Source: Octopus vulgaris
Lineage: Eukaryota
DNA: 64,000 nucleotides
Direction: 5' to 3'
Assembly: GCA_951406725.2 (NCBI GenBank)
Contig: OX597833.1
Coordinates: 46,066,001-46,130,000, forward strand
The notes below the pieces were generated by a model. The model was not told the DNA's origin, searched no databases, and worked only from the letters and a program-made list of their open reading frames with translations. A program made the position numbers and the translations under genes. Shown piece after piece: positions 14,001-26,027 of the stretch (position 1 is the first letter of the stretch; each line of letters begins with the position of its first letter).

Positions 14001-14219
14001 ACTAGTTCTTACAACCTATGAAATGGAAACTACTTTATCTACATTCTTTTCAATCAAACCAGAAGAAAGCAATACAAATACAATTAAAAAACTTGTAAAA
14101 TGGTTAAAGAAGGTCATTGATATTGATAGTAGTGCTTTTAATGAATGAATATTGTAAAATGTGAAATTTAGAGATCTTCTTACCTATTATTCGGATATTA
14201 CTTACGGGATGGCCTGATA

Positions 14220-14466
14220 TACGTGGTCTGATCATTAAGTATGCAGGCTGTTGCTATAGTAACGAAGCTAAAGCACGCTGAGTAAAGCCACTTGGCACTG
14301 AGTGACCTTGAACTCTGCTTTGCATGCGCACTAAGTTATAACGTTCTAACTCACTTCCACTTTTTACAGCAGTGCTTGAAAGGAACGTGTGTAGCATATG
14401 ATCATCGCACTGACCATGACAGAGAAAGTTGTGCAGAGAATCGCCAAAAGCATGGCGATACCAGCT
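14220..14466 (+). mobile_element. Mariner 5' end (TIR and leader)
   Basis: TACGTGGTCTGATCATTAAGTATGCAGGCT, homologous to the minus-strand end at 15205. Confidence 0.75.
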
Positions 14467-14619
14467 TCAGTTACGAAATTTAACGCTAAGTCAGCCCTCA
14501 TCGTGCAGGCCTGTACTGAAATGGCATTTCAATAATTTCTATTCTGTGCTTTTCTATATCTAGAATTACATTACGTCCTTCGGTGGGTTTTATTTTTAGT
14601 TCTACTGGGTGTCCAGGTA

Positions 14620-15205
14620 CGATCACACGCTACACACCTTCCTTCCAAACACTGCCGTAAACAGCGGAAGTGAACTAGGACGTTAAAACTTAGTCTGTCA
14701 AGCGGCTTTACTCTGCGTGCGCAAAGTTTTCAAAAAGTTTTCATCGTTCTTGAAACAATCAAGATCTTGTGCAACCGAGACCCGAGTGCACATCCACTGA
14801 TAGCTCGCGGATGGTGAGTCGACGATTTCCCCTCACAGCTGCACCATCTGCGATGTTTTTTCAGTTCTGCTTGTTATGGGTTTCCCAGAACGTTCGTCAA
14901 TATCAACATTTTTTTGGCCATCTTGGAAACGTCTGAACCACTTGTACACTTGTGTGCGGTGTACACACTCCTCTCCATACACTTTCTGCAACTTTGCGTT
15001 GGCCTCTGAGCTGGCATCGCACTGACAACTTTCTCTGTCATGGCCAATGCGACGATCACACGCTACACACCTTCCTTCCAAGCACTACTGTAAACAGCGG
15101 AAGTGAGCTAGGACGTTAAAACTTAGTGTGTCAAGCGGTTTTACTCTGCGTGCTTTAGCTTCGTGACTATGATAACAGTCCGGATACTTATTGATCAGTC
15201 CTCGT
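14620..15205 (-). mobile_element. Mariner 5' portion with HTH-coding relic and an internal leader duplication
   Basis: TIR CACGAGGACTGATCAATAAGTATCCGGACT; LQKVYGEECVHRTQVYKWFRRFQDGQKNVDIDERSGKP. Confidence 0.85.
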
Positions 15206-15266
<61 letters not shown>

Positions 15267-15875
15267 GGAGAGAGAGAGAGAGTTCTCCCATCGGATGGTT
15301 TGCCATTGCATTACCCAACCGGATGGTCGTCGTTGATTCATAAGAAAGCTCATCAGTTTAACCGGTAACACCCATTTCATAGGCGGGCGGTCAGAAACAA
15401 ATCCGGCGTACCTGGATACCCAGTAGAACTGAAAATAAAACCCACCGAAGGACGTAATGTAATTCTAGATATAGAAAAGCACAGAATTGAAATCATTGGA
15501 ATGCCATTTCAGTACAGGTCTGCACGATGAGGGCTGACTTAGAGTTAAATTTCGTAACTGAAGTGTATATTGTTAGCTTGCCACCCTAGTGAGCATCCGT
15601 TCTCTCACGGACACGCAGAAAAGATTTTTTTGTTTTAAGTATATATAAAACAAAGCCACTAAGTCACTCTAGTTTAGGTTTCAGATAGAAAATTTTCCCC
15701 AGAAAAACGGATATCCTGTTCTCTTTATAGTCAATAGGGTTTGTTGATCACCCGTTTCTTAATAATTCTGATTAGAAAATGTCACAGCAAACTATTAAAA
15801 AGTTTTATTTGTGAGTACGACAAAGAAAGCAAAGAGGAAAACAAAGAATTTTCATTAATATATTTATTGCTATTA

Positions 15876-16490
15876 AGGTGGCGAGCTGGCAGAAACGTTA
15901 GCACGCCGGACGAAATGTGTAGCCGCATTTCGTCTGCCATTATGTTCTGAGTTCAAATTCCGCCGAGGTCGACTTTGCCTTTCATCCTTTCAGGGTCGAT
16001 AAATTAAGTACCAGTTTCGCACTGAGGTCGAAGTAATCGACTTAATCCGTTTGTCTGTCCTTGTTTGTCCCCTCTGTGTTTAGCCCCTTGTGGGTAGTAA
16101 AGAAATAAGTATTTCGTCTGCCGTTACGTTCTGAGTTCAAATTCCGCCGAGGTCGACTTTGCCTTTCATCCTTTCGGGGGTCGATAAATTAAGTACCAGT
16201 TACGCACTGGGGTCGATGTAATCGACTTAATCCGTTTGTCTGTCCTTGTTTGTCCCCTGTATGTTTAGCCCCTTGTGGGCAATAAAGAAATAAGAACCAT
16301 TAGCACACCAGGCAAAATACTTAGCAGTATTTCGTTCGTCTCAACGTACAGAGTTCAAATTTCATCAATGTCATCTTTATCTATTCGTACTTTCGGAGTC
16401 GATAAAATAAGTACCAGTTGAGTACTAGGGTCAATTTAATCGATTTAATCCTCCCCCGAAAGTGCTGTCTCTGTTCCAAAATTTGAAACT
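15876..16490 (+). mobile_element. SINE family A dimer (15876-16293) followed by an older family A body
   Basis: Junctions AAAGAAATAA|GTATTTCG at about 16108 and AAATAAG|AACCATTAGCAC at about 16294. Confidence 0.9.
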
Positions 16491-16519
16491 AATATATTTA
16501 CCACTACCGTTGCTATTAT

Positions 16520-16825
16520 GTGGAGGCACATGGCCTAGTGGTTAGAGCAGCGGACTCGCGGTCGGGGGATCGCAGGTTCGAATCTCAAACCGGACGAAGC
16601 GTGTGTTTATGAGCGAAACACCAAGCTCCACGCAGGTCCGGCAGAAGGTAATGGCGAACTTCTGCTGACTCTTTCGCCACAACTTTCTCTCACTCTTTCC
16701 TCTTGCATCTTGCAGCTCACCTGCGATGGACCGGCGTCCCGTCCAGGTGGGGAACCTATACGCCAAGGAAACCGGGAAACCGGCCCTTATGAGCCAAGCA
16801 TGGCTCGAGAAAGAACAAACAAAAC
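16520..16825 (+). mobile_element. SINE family E (D-type tRNA head, V-domain-like tail)
   Basis: TGGCCTAGTGGTTAGAGC...GGTTCGAATC head; TSD ACCGTTGCTA(T/C)TA at 16506 and 16826. Confidence 0.9.
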
Positions 16826-17169
16826 ACCGTTGCTACTACTAGCACCTGCCAGAAATACTTAGCGGTATTTCTTTCAGCTCTTCACGTTCTGAGTTCAAAT
16901 GCTACCGAGATCGACTTTGCGTTGGCCTCTGAGCTGGTATCGCACAGACAACTTTCTCTGTAATGGTCAATGCGACGATCACACGCTACACACCTTCCTT
17001 CCAAGCACTGCTGAGCATTGGGGTCGATGTATAGTTGAGTATTGGGGTCGATGTAATGGATTTCTTCCCCTTAAAATTGCTGGTCTTGTGCCAAAAATCA
17101 GAAAGAATTATTAAAGAATTACTAAGTTGCAGTGGAAGGGCAGACTTGGTATAGAGTCTGGAAAAATAG

Positions 17170-17385
17170 AGTTTGGCAGAATCGTTAGTACGCCGGGCAA
17201 AATGTTTAGCGGCATTTCATCCATCCTTAGGTTATGAGTTCAAATTCCGCCGAGGTCGACTTTGCCTTTCATCCTTTCTGGGTCGATAAAATAAGTACCA
17301 GTTGAACACTGGGGTCGATATAATTAAGTTACTCATCCCCACCCCCGCCGAAATTGCTGGCTTTGTGCCAAAACGTGAAACCAAT
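17170..17385 (+). mobile_element. SINE family A (older)
   Basis: TGGCAGAATCGTTAG...GAGTTCAAATTCCGCCGAGGTCGACTTTGCCTTTCATCC. Confidence 0.85.
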
Positions 17386-17391
17386 ATATTC

Positions 17392-17564
17392 TTCGACTCT
17401 TTAGGTTCGCCAACAGAATAATTTTAGGGGCCTGCTTTGCCCTCATGTTAATTCCAATTTCTCCGACATATTTCTTGAGCTTGTTTGTTTAGTGCTCCGA
17501 GTTCCCTTACAACTACTGGGATAACAATTGCACTCTTCATTGCCCACCTTCTTGCAATTTCGTC
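17392..17564 (-). pseudogene. R4/Dong-clade LINE restriction-like endonuclease C-terminal relic
   Basis: Minus strand DEIARRWAMKSAIVIPVVVRELGALN, matching EIxRxW...IPVVVGALG. Confidence 0.7.
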
Positions 17565-17891
17565 CTTTGTCCTTGTTTGTCCTCTCTGTGTTTAGCCCCT
17601 TGTGTGTAGTAAAGAAATAGGTATTTCGTCTGCCGTTACGTTCTGAGTTCAAATCCCGACGAGGTCGACTTTGCCTTTCATCCTTTCGGGGTCGATAAAT
17701 TAAGTACCAGTTAAGCACTGGGGTCGATATAATCGACTTAATCCGTTTGTCTGTTCTTGTTTGTCCCCTCTGTGTTTAGCCCCTTGTGGGTAGTAAAGAA
17801 ATAGGTATTTCGCCCGTTGCTACGTTCTGAGTTCAAACTCCACCGATGTTGATTTTGCCTTTCATTCTTTCGGGGTCGATAAATTAAGTAC
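17562..17891 (+). mobile_element. SINE family A headless multimer
   Basis: Starts mid-unit and crosses the AAATAG|GTATTTCG junction twice (17620, 17804). Confidence 0.85.
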
Positions 17892-18040
17892 TGCTGTTTT
17901 TGTTATGTATTTGTCTGGATGTTCTTTTTTTATCGTACATAATACACCTACTATAATAGGAATTGTTTCTACTTTTAGGCTCCACATTCGAGTTACCTCT
18001 ATTTCCAGATCTTCGTATTTTGGAAGTTTCTCCATTATAG
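17892..18040 (-). pseudogene. R4/Dong-clade LINE endonuclease relic
   Basis: Minus strand MEKLPKYEDLEIEVTRMWSLKVETIPIIVGVLCTIKK. Confidence 0.8.
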
Positions 18041-18469
18041 TACATAAACGAGTTTGGTCACTACCAACTGCAACTACAGTCGAAATGATATCAATAGGGG
18101 AACAAATACTTGCATTAGCAATTCTTTTGTAGTGGAAAACTCTTTTGAGTTAAGCATTATTACGATGACAAATCAAGCCACAATAACCTCAGAATGATAT
18201 TTTTCTGGTTTAACCCGAAAATGTAAATAGAGAAACGAAACTGCTAATGTATGCGGAAAGAGCCGAAAATGGTGGGAAACCGGTGTAAAAAAAAAATTGG
18301 CAGATGGCCTGCCTACTGGTTGCAGAACCTATAAAACAGGAAACAATGGTTAGAGTATAAACTACAAGCCCCTTCCCTTCTTTTTGCCATTTCCTCATTT
18401 TCTGCGCCTGTCTCTCTTCTTCACCCTACCACCCGCTTCTTCAGTTTTCTTAGTCACGAGCCTTTTGGT

Positions 18470-18482
18470 ATATATATTTATG

Positions 18483-18558
<76 letters not shown>

Positions 18559-18925
18559 TATATATGTATATATGTATGTATATATGTATATATATTTATA
18601 TATACATACATACATGCATAAATATATATGCATATATATATATATATGTATGTATATATGCACACACACATATATATATATACACACATATATATATATA
18701 TATGTATATATATATACATATATATATATATAGGCATATATATATGTATGTATGCATACATGTATGTATATATGTATGTATGTATACGTATTTTCGTAAA
18801 TTTATTTATATTGTATGTAGATTGTCTCACCTGACTCTAGATTCATTTGGGTATATGTATGTGTGGTGTTGTATGTGTGTGTGTGTGTGTCTATATGTAT
18901 ATATGTGCGTGTATGTGTGTATATG

Positions 18926-18961
<36 letters not shown>

Positions 18962-18962
18962 T
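18470..18962. repeat. Compound (TA)/(TATG)/(TG)/(GCGT) microsatellite
   Basis: Direct reading of the sequence. Confidence 0.95.
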
Positions 18963-19424
18963 GATGGAATGTAGAAACGGGAGAAAGAATACTGAATTCA
19001 TGAAGCAGGGTGTATTTGCTCGTTCAATACCGATCATTCACTCTGTCGCTATTCAGTATTTTTCAGTATGTGCGACCATTCAGACAACAATATCTCTCTC
19101 ACCCTCTTTCTTCTATTTCTAGCCTTTCTTCGTTTTTCCTTTTTCCCCCTCCTCGTCCCTTCTATTTTCTCTTTCTCCTCTGCCTGCTGCTGGCACTTAA
19201 CTCGTGGCCAGCCTTTCTTTCTCTGCTTTTTAAAAAATTTTTTTTTTACACCTGTTACATTGCTGACCGGCCCCAAATTCTCTAGTCCCCACAGGTACCC
19301 GTCTTACTATTTGTTGCCTTTCTAATTCCCTAAGATTGCCCTCTAAGCGTTGTCCAACCATTCGTTTTCTTGTGGCACTAAGACTATATTTTGTCCGTTT
19401 CTTATTTATTTCGCCTTTGTCCTT

Positions 19425-19663
19425 CGTCCATCGCCCTACCTTCGAAACGCGGGGTAGATGAAACAGGGACAACTGATGAAGGGGAATATTCTTTATGTTG
19501 CATGTCTCGTTTCTCTGTTTGTTTTCTTCGTTGTTCAAAAAAAAGTTCGTTTTCTATGATTTTGTGTTTATGTTTTCGTTTCTCATTGTGTTCAACATTT
19601 TTTTTTAATGTCCTGTACTTATATATGTATGTATATATACATATATATGTAGGTATATGTACC
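19425..19663 (+). mobile_element. Unclassified microsatellite-associated repeat, possibly a PLE end; other copies 37230-37408 (-), 38660-38930 (-), 53256-53500 (+)
   Basis: Shared TTCGAAACGCGG(A/G)GTAGA..CAACTGA(T/A)GAAGGGGAAT and GTTTTCGTTTCTCATTGTGTTC blocks. Confidence 0.6.
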
Positions 19664-19739
19664 AAGTATTCATGTACAGTCTTCTTAGTGAACTGGTCCA
19701 TTTTTTATATTTTGTCCTGATAAATAAATTTTATCAATG

Positions 19740-20220
19740 CTCCTCAGGGAGAGATCTATGAGTTATTATACCTTTCCTCAAGTTCATTGGCTATCCTAAT
19801 GATGGCGTTGTTTTCATGGTCACAAACTTGAGCAAGATAGTAACTGTTTTCTGTTGCAGATATTGCTTCATACCACATCAATACAAATCTGAGACTATGG
19901 CCACCATTCTCGTGTAGGAGGTATAGCCTGTCTACATCTCAATTGACGTTGAAGTTTCCTGTAACACTGAGCAGCTTGCGAATTCGAACATCTATCTCAT
20001 TCAGTTCTTGTAGTGGCCAATTCAGAAGGCCAAACGTAGCGCGTGAGGACAGTCACTGCAAAGATGTTGTGGGCAATATGCTTGTCGTAAGCTTAGAATT
20101 ATTATGACTGTACTCTCTTAACTCTCCTTGGATATTCATTGCTGGTCCTCTCCTTATTTATAGGTCCATCATATCTGACATTCTCATCTTGTCCAAGATA
20201 CCTATAATTGTCACATGACT
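19740..20220 (-). pseudogene. R4/Dong-clade LINE reverse transcriptase/thumb relic
   Basis: Minus strand NYRYLGQDENVRYDGPINKERTSNEYPRRVKRV, HIAHNIFAV, TFGLLNWPLQELNEIDVRIRKLL, DVDRLYLLHENGG, with stops and a frameshift. Confidence 0.85.
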
Positions 20221-20859
20221 GTAGAGGTTGTATTCTCAAGTCGTTCGTTCGTTTTTAGATTTTCAGAAGAGGATACAACTGCTCCGTGTTTTATTCTCAA
20301 AATGCACATTTGGATACACTAACTTTTTTCCAACGTCTGTAGAAAATTGGGTTATGAGGTCTAATTTTTTTTTTTTTTTTTATGTGGTTGATATTTGGTC
20401 CATACAGTTTCAGGTCGCCGACAAAGAATAGACGGGAAATGCTTCTGGATCGATTTCTATGGCCGCTATGTTTTTGTGAGCAAGTATGATGGCGGGTTTA
20501 ATGAGAGGGCGAAGAGCAACACCGACAGGCTACCGTCTTGAAGGACTCCTTTTCTTAATGAATGCTATCCAACCCAATTTACTCCTTATCACTCCTAAGG
20601 ATCACAGTGATGTACCAAATCTTGGCCAGGAATTCAATAGCACTCACTGGTGGTCGTGGGACTTTGGCTAACTGTAAAGTTTTGATAATCCACCCATGTG
20701 GTATACTATCAAAAGACTTCAAATAGTCCAGTTACACTACATATGGTTAAGTCATGTACGTATGTATTTTTGTATGTCTATAAGTTTGTGTGTGTGTGTG
20801 TAAGTATGTGTGAGTGTGTGTGAGTGTGCGTGTGTCTGTGTGTGTGTCCAAATATAAAC

Positions 20860-21109
20860 GCGCCCTTCTTAAAGCCTAGCCAGGCTCATGGGCCCGGTTT
20901 CCCGATTTCTATGGCGCATATGTTCCCCAGCTGGATGGGACGCCAGTCCATCGCATCGTTACTCATTTATGCCACCTGAGTGTGGACTGGAGCAACGTGA
21001 AATGAAGTGTTTTGCTCAAAAACACAACGCGTCGCCCGGTCCAGGAATCGAACCCACAATCTTACGATCATGATGCTGACACCCTAACCACTAAGCCACG
21101 CGCCTCCAC
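20860..21109 (-). mobile_element. SINE family C, full length
   Basis: GTGGAGGCGCGTGGCTTAGTGGTTAGGG head; GATGGACTGGCGTCCCATCCAG block; near-identical to 52826-53071. Confidence 0.9.
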
Positions 21110-21914
21110 TGGCCATAATATAGCGAATATAATTTTTCACATAAAGCTTTAGCCAAGTGAAAATCAATAAATTGACAATAATATAACAATATACAAGGCT
21201 GACTTAAGCGAAACTTGTCACGACACTATAAAATAGCCACTGGTTATATATATGATAAAATGAAAGCCAAGGGACCCAGTAAAATACTGTAAACTACCGG
21301 ATCCTCTATGATTTGAACCCCTTCCCTTATGTATCAAACATTTCATTTTTACATTAGAGTGCAACAATCTCAGAAATTAAAAGCAGGAAGACCGTTTAAA
21401 GGCAATATTCGAGAGTCGAGCGATTGCATCAATTGCTATTTTGGTGGATCGATTATTCTCTCTAGTTATTTCAAGGTCTTGAATGTGAAACTCGGTCTCT
21501 CTACAACCCGCCCACCTTCTCTCTCTCTCTCTCTCTCTCTCTTGCTCTCTCTCTTCCTCTTTCTCACGCCGATGAGTCAATAACTTGATCTCAATGCGGT
21601 CGTTCACCCTGCTAAAAATAACGCAGCCAAATCTACCCCAAAGTACAGTATACTCTGCCGTCCAAAAATAAGAGGGATGCAATTCAAAATCAAAAAAAAA
21701 AAAAAAAGGAAATTACCATTTTATACAGGTTCCAGAACAACCTGTATAGTGTTTCACGTGACATCTCAGATTACAAGTAATAAAATTTTCTCACGGATGA
21801 GATTAAATTAACCTGTTGATATGTAAATAATTCAAAAGGAATTACAATGAGATTGCCTTCGATACCACATTTCCTAGCGAAAAGCTAAGATTATCATGAC
21901 AGGAAAAGTTTTAA

Positions 21915-22190
21915 TTGTTCACTGGGAGTGTTTCACCATTTTACCAGTGCATCCGTGTAACGTAGTGTGGTGGAGAGACTTGAAGAAATATAGGGTTTGC
22001 CACATCAGTTTCCTAAAAAGCAGCACGAAATTTTCAAAAAGTAGCGGGTTATATAGCAACGTGGCTCAAAAGGATATTTTTTCTAGTAAATGATATAAAT
22101 ATATTATGGAGATGTACTTGCATAGCGAGTGACTTGATCTGAGATCGTGTGCTGGAATGAAAACAATTGCAGCGTGGAAGGTGTTTATAA
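21915..22190 (-). repeat. Inverted copy of 22978-23257 (sequence downstream of the G3-C8 hammerhead)
   Basis: Reverse-complement match over about 280 bp; the ORF-track peptides at 21896 (+) and 23079 (-) are near-identical. Confidence 0.9.
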
Positions 22191-22397
22191 TTAAGTTGTA
22201 ACCGGCATTAACAACAACAACATGCCGTCACTATTTTCCTCTTGGATACGTACATACATTCTTTTACTTGTTTCAGTCATTTGACTGCGGTCATGCTGGA
22301 GCACCGCCTTTAGTCGAGCAAATCGACCCCAGGACTTTGTAAGCCTAGTACACACACACACACACATTCACACACATACATACATACATCGATAATA

Positions 22398-22765
22398 TGG
22401 TGGTAGATATCATCGTGGGTGCATTAGGTTATGTACCAACAAACTTGCACAAAAACCTAGAAATACTCGGTTGCACAGAGAAAGGGCAAAAGAAACTGAC
22501 ACGGATTTTCCAAATCTAACCTTTACTGGCACAGTGAAGACTTGTAAGACATTCCAAAAATTCTCCATCTGAGATTCTAACGTGCATAGATGCACACACT
22601 TGGGTATGTGCATCGGCAGTTCAACCAACACATATTTACCACTCAACCACAGATTTACAAACACTGTGAATTCTCTTAACTCAACAACGTTTGACGCTTT
22701 GCTAGCGACGGGCTTGAACTCTTTCAAGAATTTTGATTAAAGTTCAAAGAGAGATCATACATACA
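22398..22765 (+). mobile_element. R4/Dong-like LINE 3' end associated with (CATA)n
   Basis: VVDIIVGALGYVPTNLHKNLEILG, then after a frameshift TGTVKTCKTFQKFSI*; CATA repeats on both sides. Confidence 0.8.
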
Positions 22766-22784
22766 AGCATATATATATTTATAT

Positions 22785-23257
22785 CAAAATCGTTAGATTC
22801 ACTTCAACATTTAAATTTAATTAAAATATTTTCGTCGCTTTGAGACCGCGACCTGTTCACTGCTGCACGAAACTTTGTCAGTGAACAGGTCGCGGTCTCA
22901 AAGCGACGAAAATATTTTGACAAATTAAATTTAAATGTTAAAGTGAATCTAACGGTTTTGTGTGTTTCTTAAATGGCTTATAAACACCTTCCACCCACTC
23001 TGCAATTGTTTTCGTTCCAGCACACGATCTCAGATCAAGTCACTCGTTATGCAAGTACATCTCCGTAATATATTTATATCATTTACTAGAAAAAATATCC
23101 TTTTGAGCCACGTTGCTATATAACCCGCTACTTTTTGAAAATTTCGAGCTACTTTTTATGAAACTGATGTGGCAAACCCTATATTTCTTCAAGTCTCTCC
23201 GCCACATTAGGTTACACGGATGCACTGGTAAAATGGTGAAACACTCCCAGTGAACAA
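22785..23257 (+). mobile_element. PLE-like fold-back element with hammerhead and downstream extension
   Basis: Inverted arms 22785-22862 and 22879-22960; adjacent to a short (TA)n. Confidence 0.7.
22874..22924 (+). ncRNA. Minimal type-I hammerhead candidate with G3-C8 compensatory core
   Basis: Stem I TTTGTCA/TGACAAA (7 bp); core GTGAACA at 22881-22887 plus an extra G; stem II GTCGC/GCGAC; GAAA at 22908-22911; palindromic ATAT stem III; UU site. Confidence 0.65.
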
Positions 23258-23783
23258 GACAGAACCGGTTATCTAATAACATGAGCTATTCATCGAAAAA
23301 GAAAAAAAACCTATTAAATTTCGCTTTTTTTTTCTCGGAAATAACCAAACAACAATGGGTATTATTTAAAAGATATATTTTATAGGTCGCAGCTGACCCA
23401 GGTTCAATATAGTGTCTGTGTGTCTGCCTGTCAAACTGCCGGCAAAGGTGAGGCTTGTGACAAAGTAGCTTGTATCGTTTAAAGGTCAACACGTAGTTAC
23501 TTTGTTCTGGCTCAGTATATTAGGTAAATAAAGAGCAAATCCCTAAGAGGATGTCATTTAGCTTCAGGTCACCCTTGATTGAGCAGTCATACGATCAAAA
23601 GACATTCAAACCATGACCATCTTGGTTTTGTTTAACGGTATAATATGAATCCAGGATAAAATTGTTATGTGCACAAACAATTATTTATTTGCCCTCCTTG
23701 TTTTTTGAGTTGGTTGGGTTATGATTTCGGTGAGATTTTGGTCGAGAGATTTACGCATTGTGACATACTCTACGGCTCGCTGC

Positions 23784-23819
<36 letters not shown>

Positions 23820-24426
23820 CAGTAGTAGCAGCAGCAGCAGCAGCAGTAGCAATAGTACTAGTGGTTGTTATTTAGTCCCAGCTCAGTCAATATCGAGCAG
23901 GGTTCGTACGTAATCAAAGATATTCAAACTGTGACGATCCCATTTATTTTTTTACAGGTGTTTACAACAGCATTATTCAACATGCCCTCTCTTTAAGCCG
24001 TGAGTGTGTGTGTGTGCGCGCACACACACACACACACACATACACACACACACACATACTCACAAAGATATACGTATATACGTATGCGACAGGCTTTTAT
24101 ACAGTTTTTGTCTATCAAATCCGCTCACAAGGCATTAGTCGACCCCGGGCTAAAGTAGAAGTCATTTGCTCAAAATGCCCCGCAACTGAACAGAATCTCA
24201 AACCACTTGGCTACAAAGCGAGTTTCTTAACCATACAACCATGTCGATTTAAACGCAATTTAAGCATAAACGCCGTGTTAAACTATGCTACGTTTATGTG
24301 GCATGCGATGATCATGAGTTTCTGCATATATGTATGTTTATATGCCTGTATGTATGTATGTATGTATGTATGTTTGTATGCATGTATGTATGTATGTATG
24401 TATGTATGTATGTATGTATGTATGTA

Positions 24427-24472
<46 letters not shown>

Positions 24473-24631
24473 CGTATGTATGTATGTATGTATGCATGTA
24501 TGTATGTATGTATGTATGTGTGTGTGTGTATGTATGTATGTATGTATGTATGTATGTATGCATGTATGCATGTATGTATGTATGTATGTATGTATGTATG
24601 TATGTGTGTATGTATGTATGTATGTATGTAT

Positions 24632-24743
24632 GCACATCCTTTCCTCACTTTAAAACAAATCTTCTTGCACAGGCATTGCACGATAACAACATTGATTAAG
24701 CTTCGTGCAATGGCCATACTCGATAACGAGGGGACAGCCACCA
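24632..24743 (+). mobile_element. 5'-truncated copy of the 61230-61790 element
   Basis: Near-identical to 61680-61790 with the same 3' end running into (TGTA)n. Confidence 0.85.
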
Positions 24744-24961
24744 TGTATGTATGTATGTATGTATGTATGTATGTATGTATGTATGTATGTATGTATGTAT
24801 GTATGTATGTATGTATGTATGTATGTATGTATGTATGTATGTATGTATGTGTGTATGTATGTATGTATGTATGAATGTATGTATGTATGTATGTATGTAT
24901 GTATGTATGTATGTATGTATGTATGTATGTGTGTGTGTGCATTTATGTTTGTATGTATATT

Positions 24962-25284
24962 TTTTAAGAGTGTTCAGGGTGTCGGTGAAAAAGCGACAAG
25001 ATGTTTTCGCGTTGAGAGAGTACCTGGTGTTTGCAAATATGTGGCTGTGAAGGTGTGTTGGTTGAACTGTCGGTGCACACACCCGAGTCTGTGCATCTAT
25101 TCACCTAAAGAATCTCAGATGGAGAATCCCTGGAATGTCTTACAATTCTTGGCTGGGCCACTAATAGATTGGATTTGGCGAATCCAAGTCAGTTTCTTTT
25201 GCTCTTTCTTCGGAAAACCGAGTATTTCTACGTTTCTGTTTAAATTTGTTGTTACATAACTTTATGCACATATGATGATTGGTA
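24962..25284 (-). mobile_element. R4/Dong-like LINE 3' end (same family as 22398-22765)
   Basis: Minus strand VPIIICA*SYVTTNLNRNVEILGFPKKEQKKLTWIRQIQSISGPAKNCKTFQGFSI*; (CATA)n on both flanks. Confidence 0.8.
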
Positions 25285-25412
25285 CGTTCGCACGTACGTA
25301 CGTACGTACGTACGTACGTATGTATGTATGTATGTATGTATGTATGTATGTATGTATGTATGTATGTATGTGTGTGTATGTATGTATGTATGTATGTATG
25401 TATGTATGTATG

Positions 25413-25446
<34 letters not shown>

Positions 25447-25484
25447 TGTATGTATGTGTGCATGCATGTATGTATGTATGTATG

Positions 25485-25515
<31 letters not shown>

Positions 25516-25588
25516 GCATATATGTATGTGTGTATGTATGTATGTATGTATGTATGTGTGCATGCATGTATGTATGTATGTATGTATG

Positions 25589-25619
<31 letters not shown>

Positions 25620-25660
25620 GCATATATGTATGTGTGCATGCATGTATGTATGTATGTATG

Positions 25661-25691
<31 letters not shown>

Positions 25692-25720
25692 GCATATATG
25701 TATGTGTGCATGCATGTATG

Positions 25721-25751
<31 letters not shown>

Positions 25752-25784
25752 GCATATATGTATGTGTGCATGCATGTATGTATG

Positions 25785-25815
<31 letters not shown>

Positions 25816-25908
25816 GCATATATGTATGTGTGCATGCATGTATGTATGTAAGCATATATGTATGTGTGTATGTATGTATGTATGTATGTGTGCATGCATG
25901 TATGTATG

Positions 25909-25939
<31 letters not shown>

Positions 25940-25964
25940 GCATATATGTATGTGTGCATGCATG

Positions 25965-25995
<31 letters not shown>

Positions 25996-26027
25996 GCATA
26001 TATGTATGTGTGCATCCATGTAGGTAT

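Larger units (their letters stand above)
24325..26015. repeat. Large (TATG)n microsatellite field with embedded retroelement ends
   Basis: Direct reading; explains the MYVC/HTYI ORFs in this interval. Confidence 0.95.
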
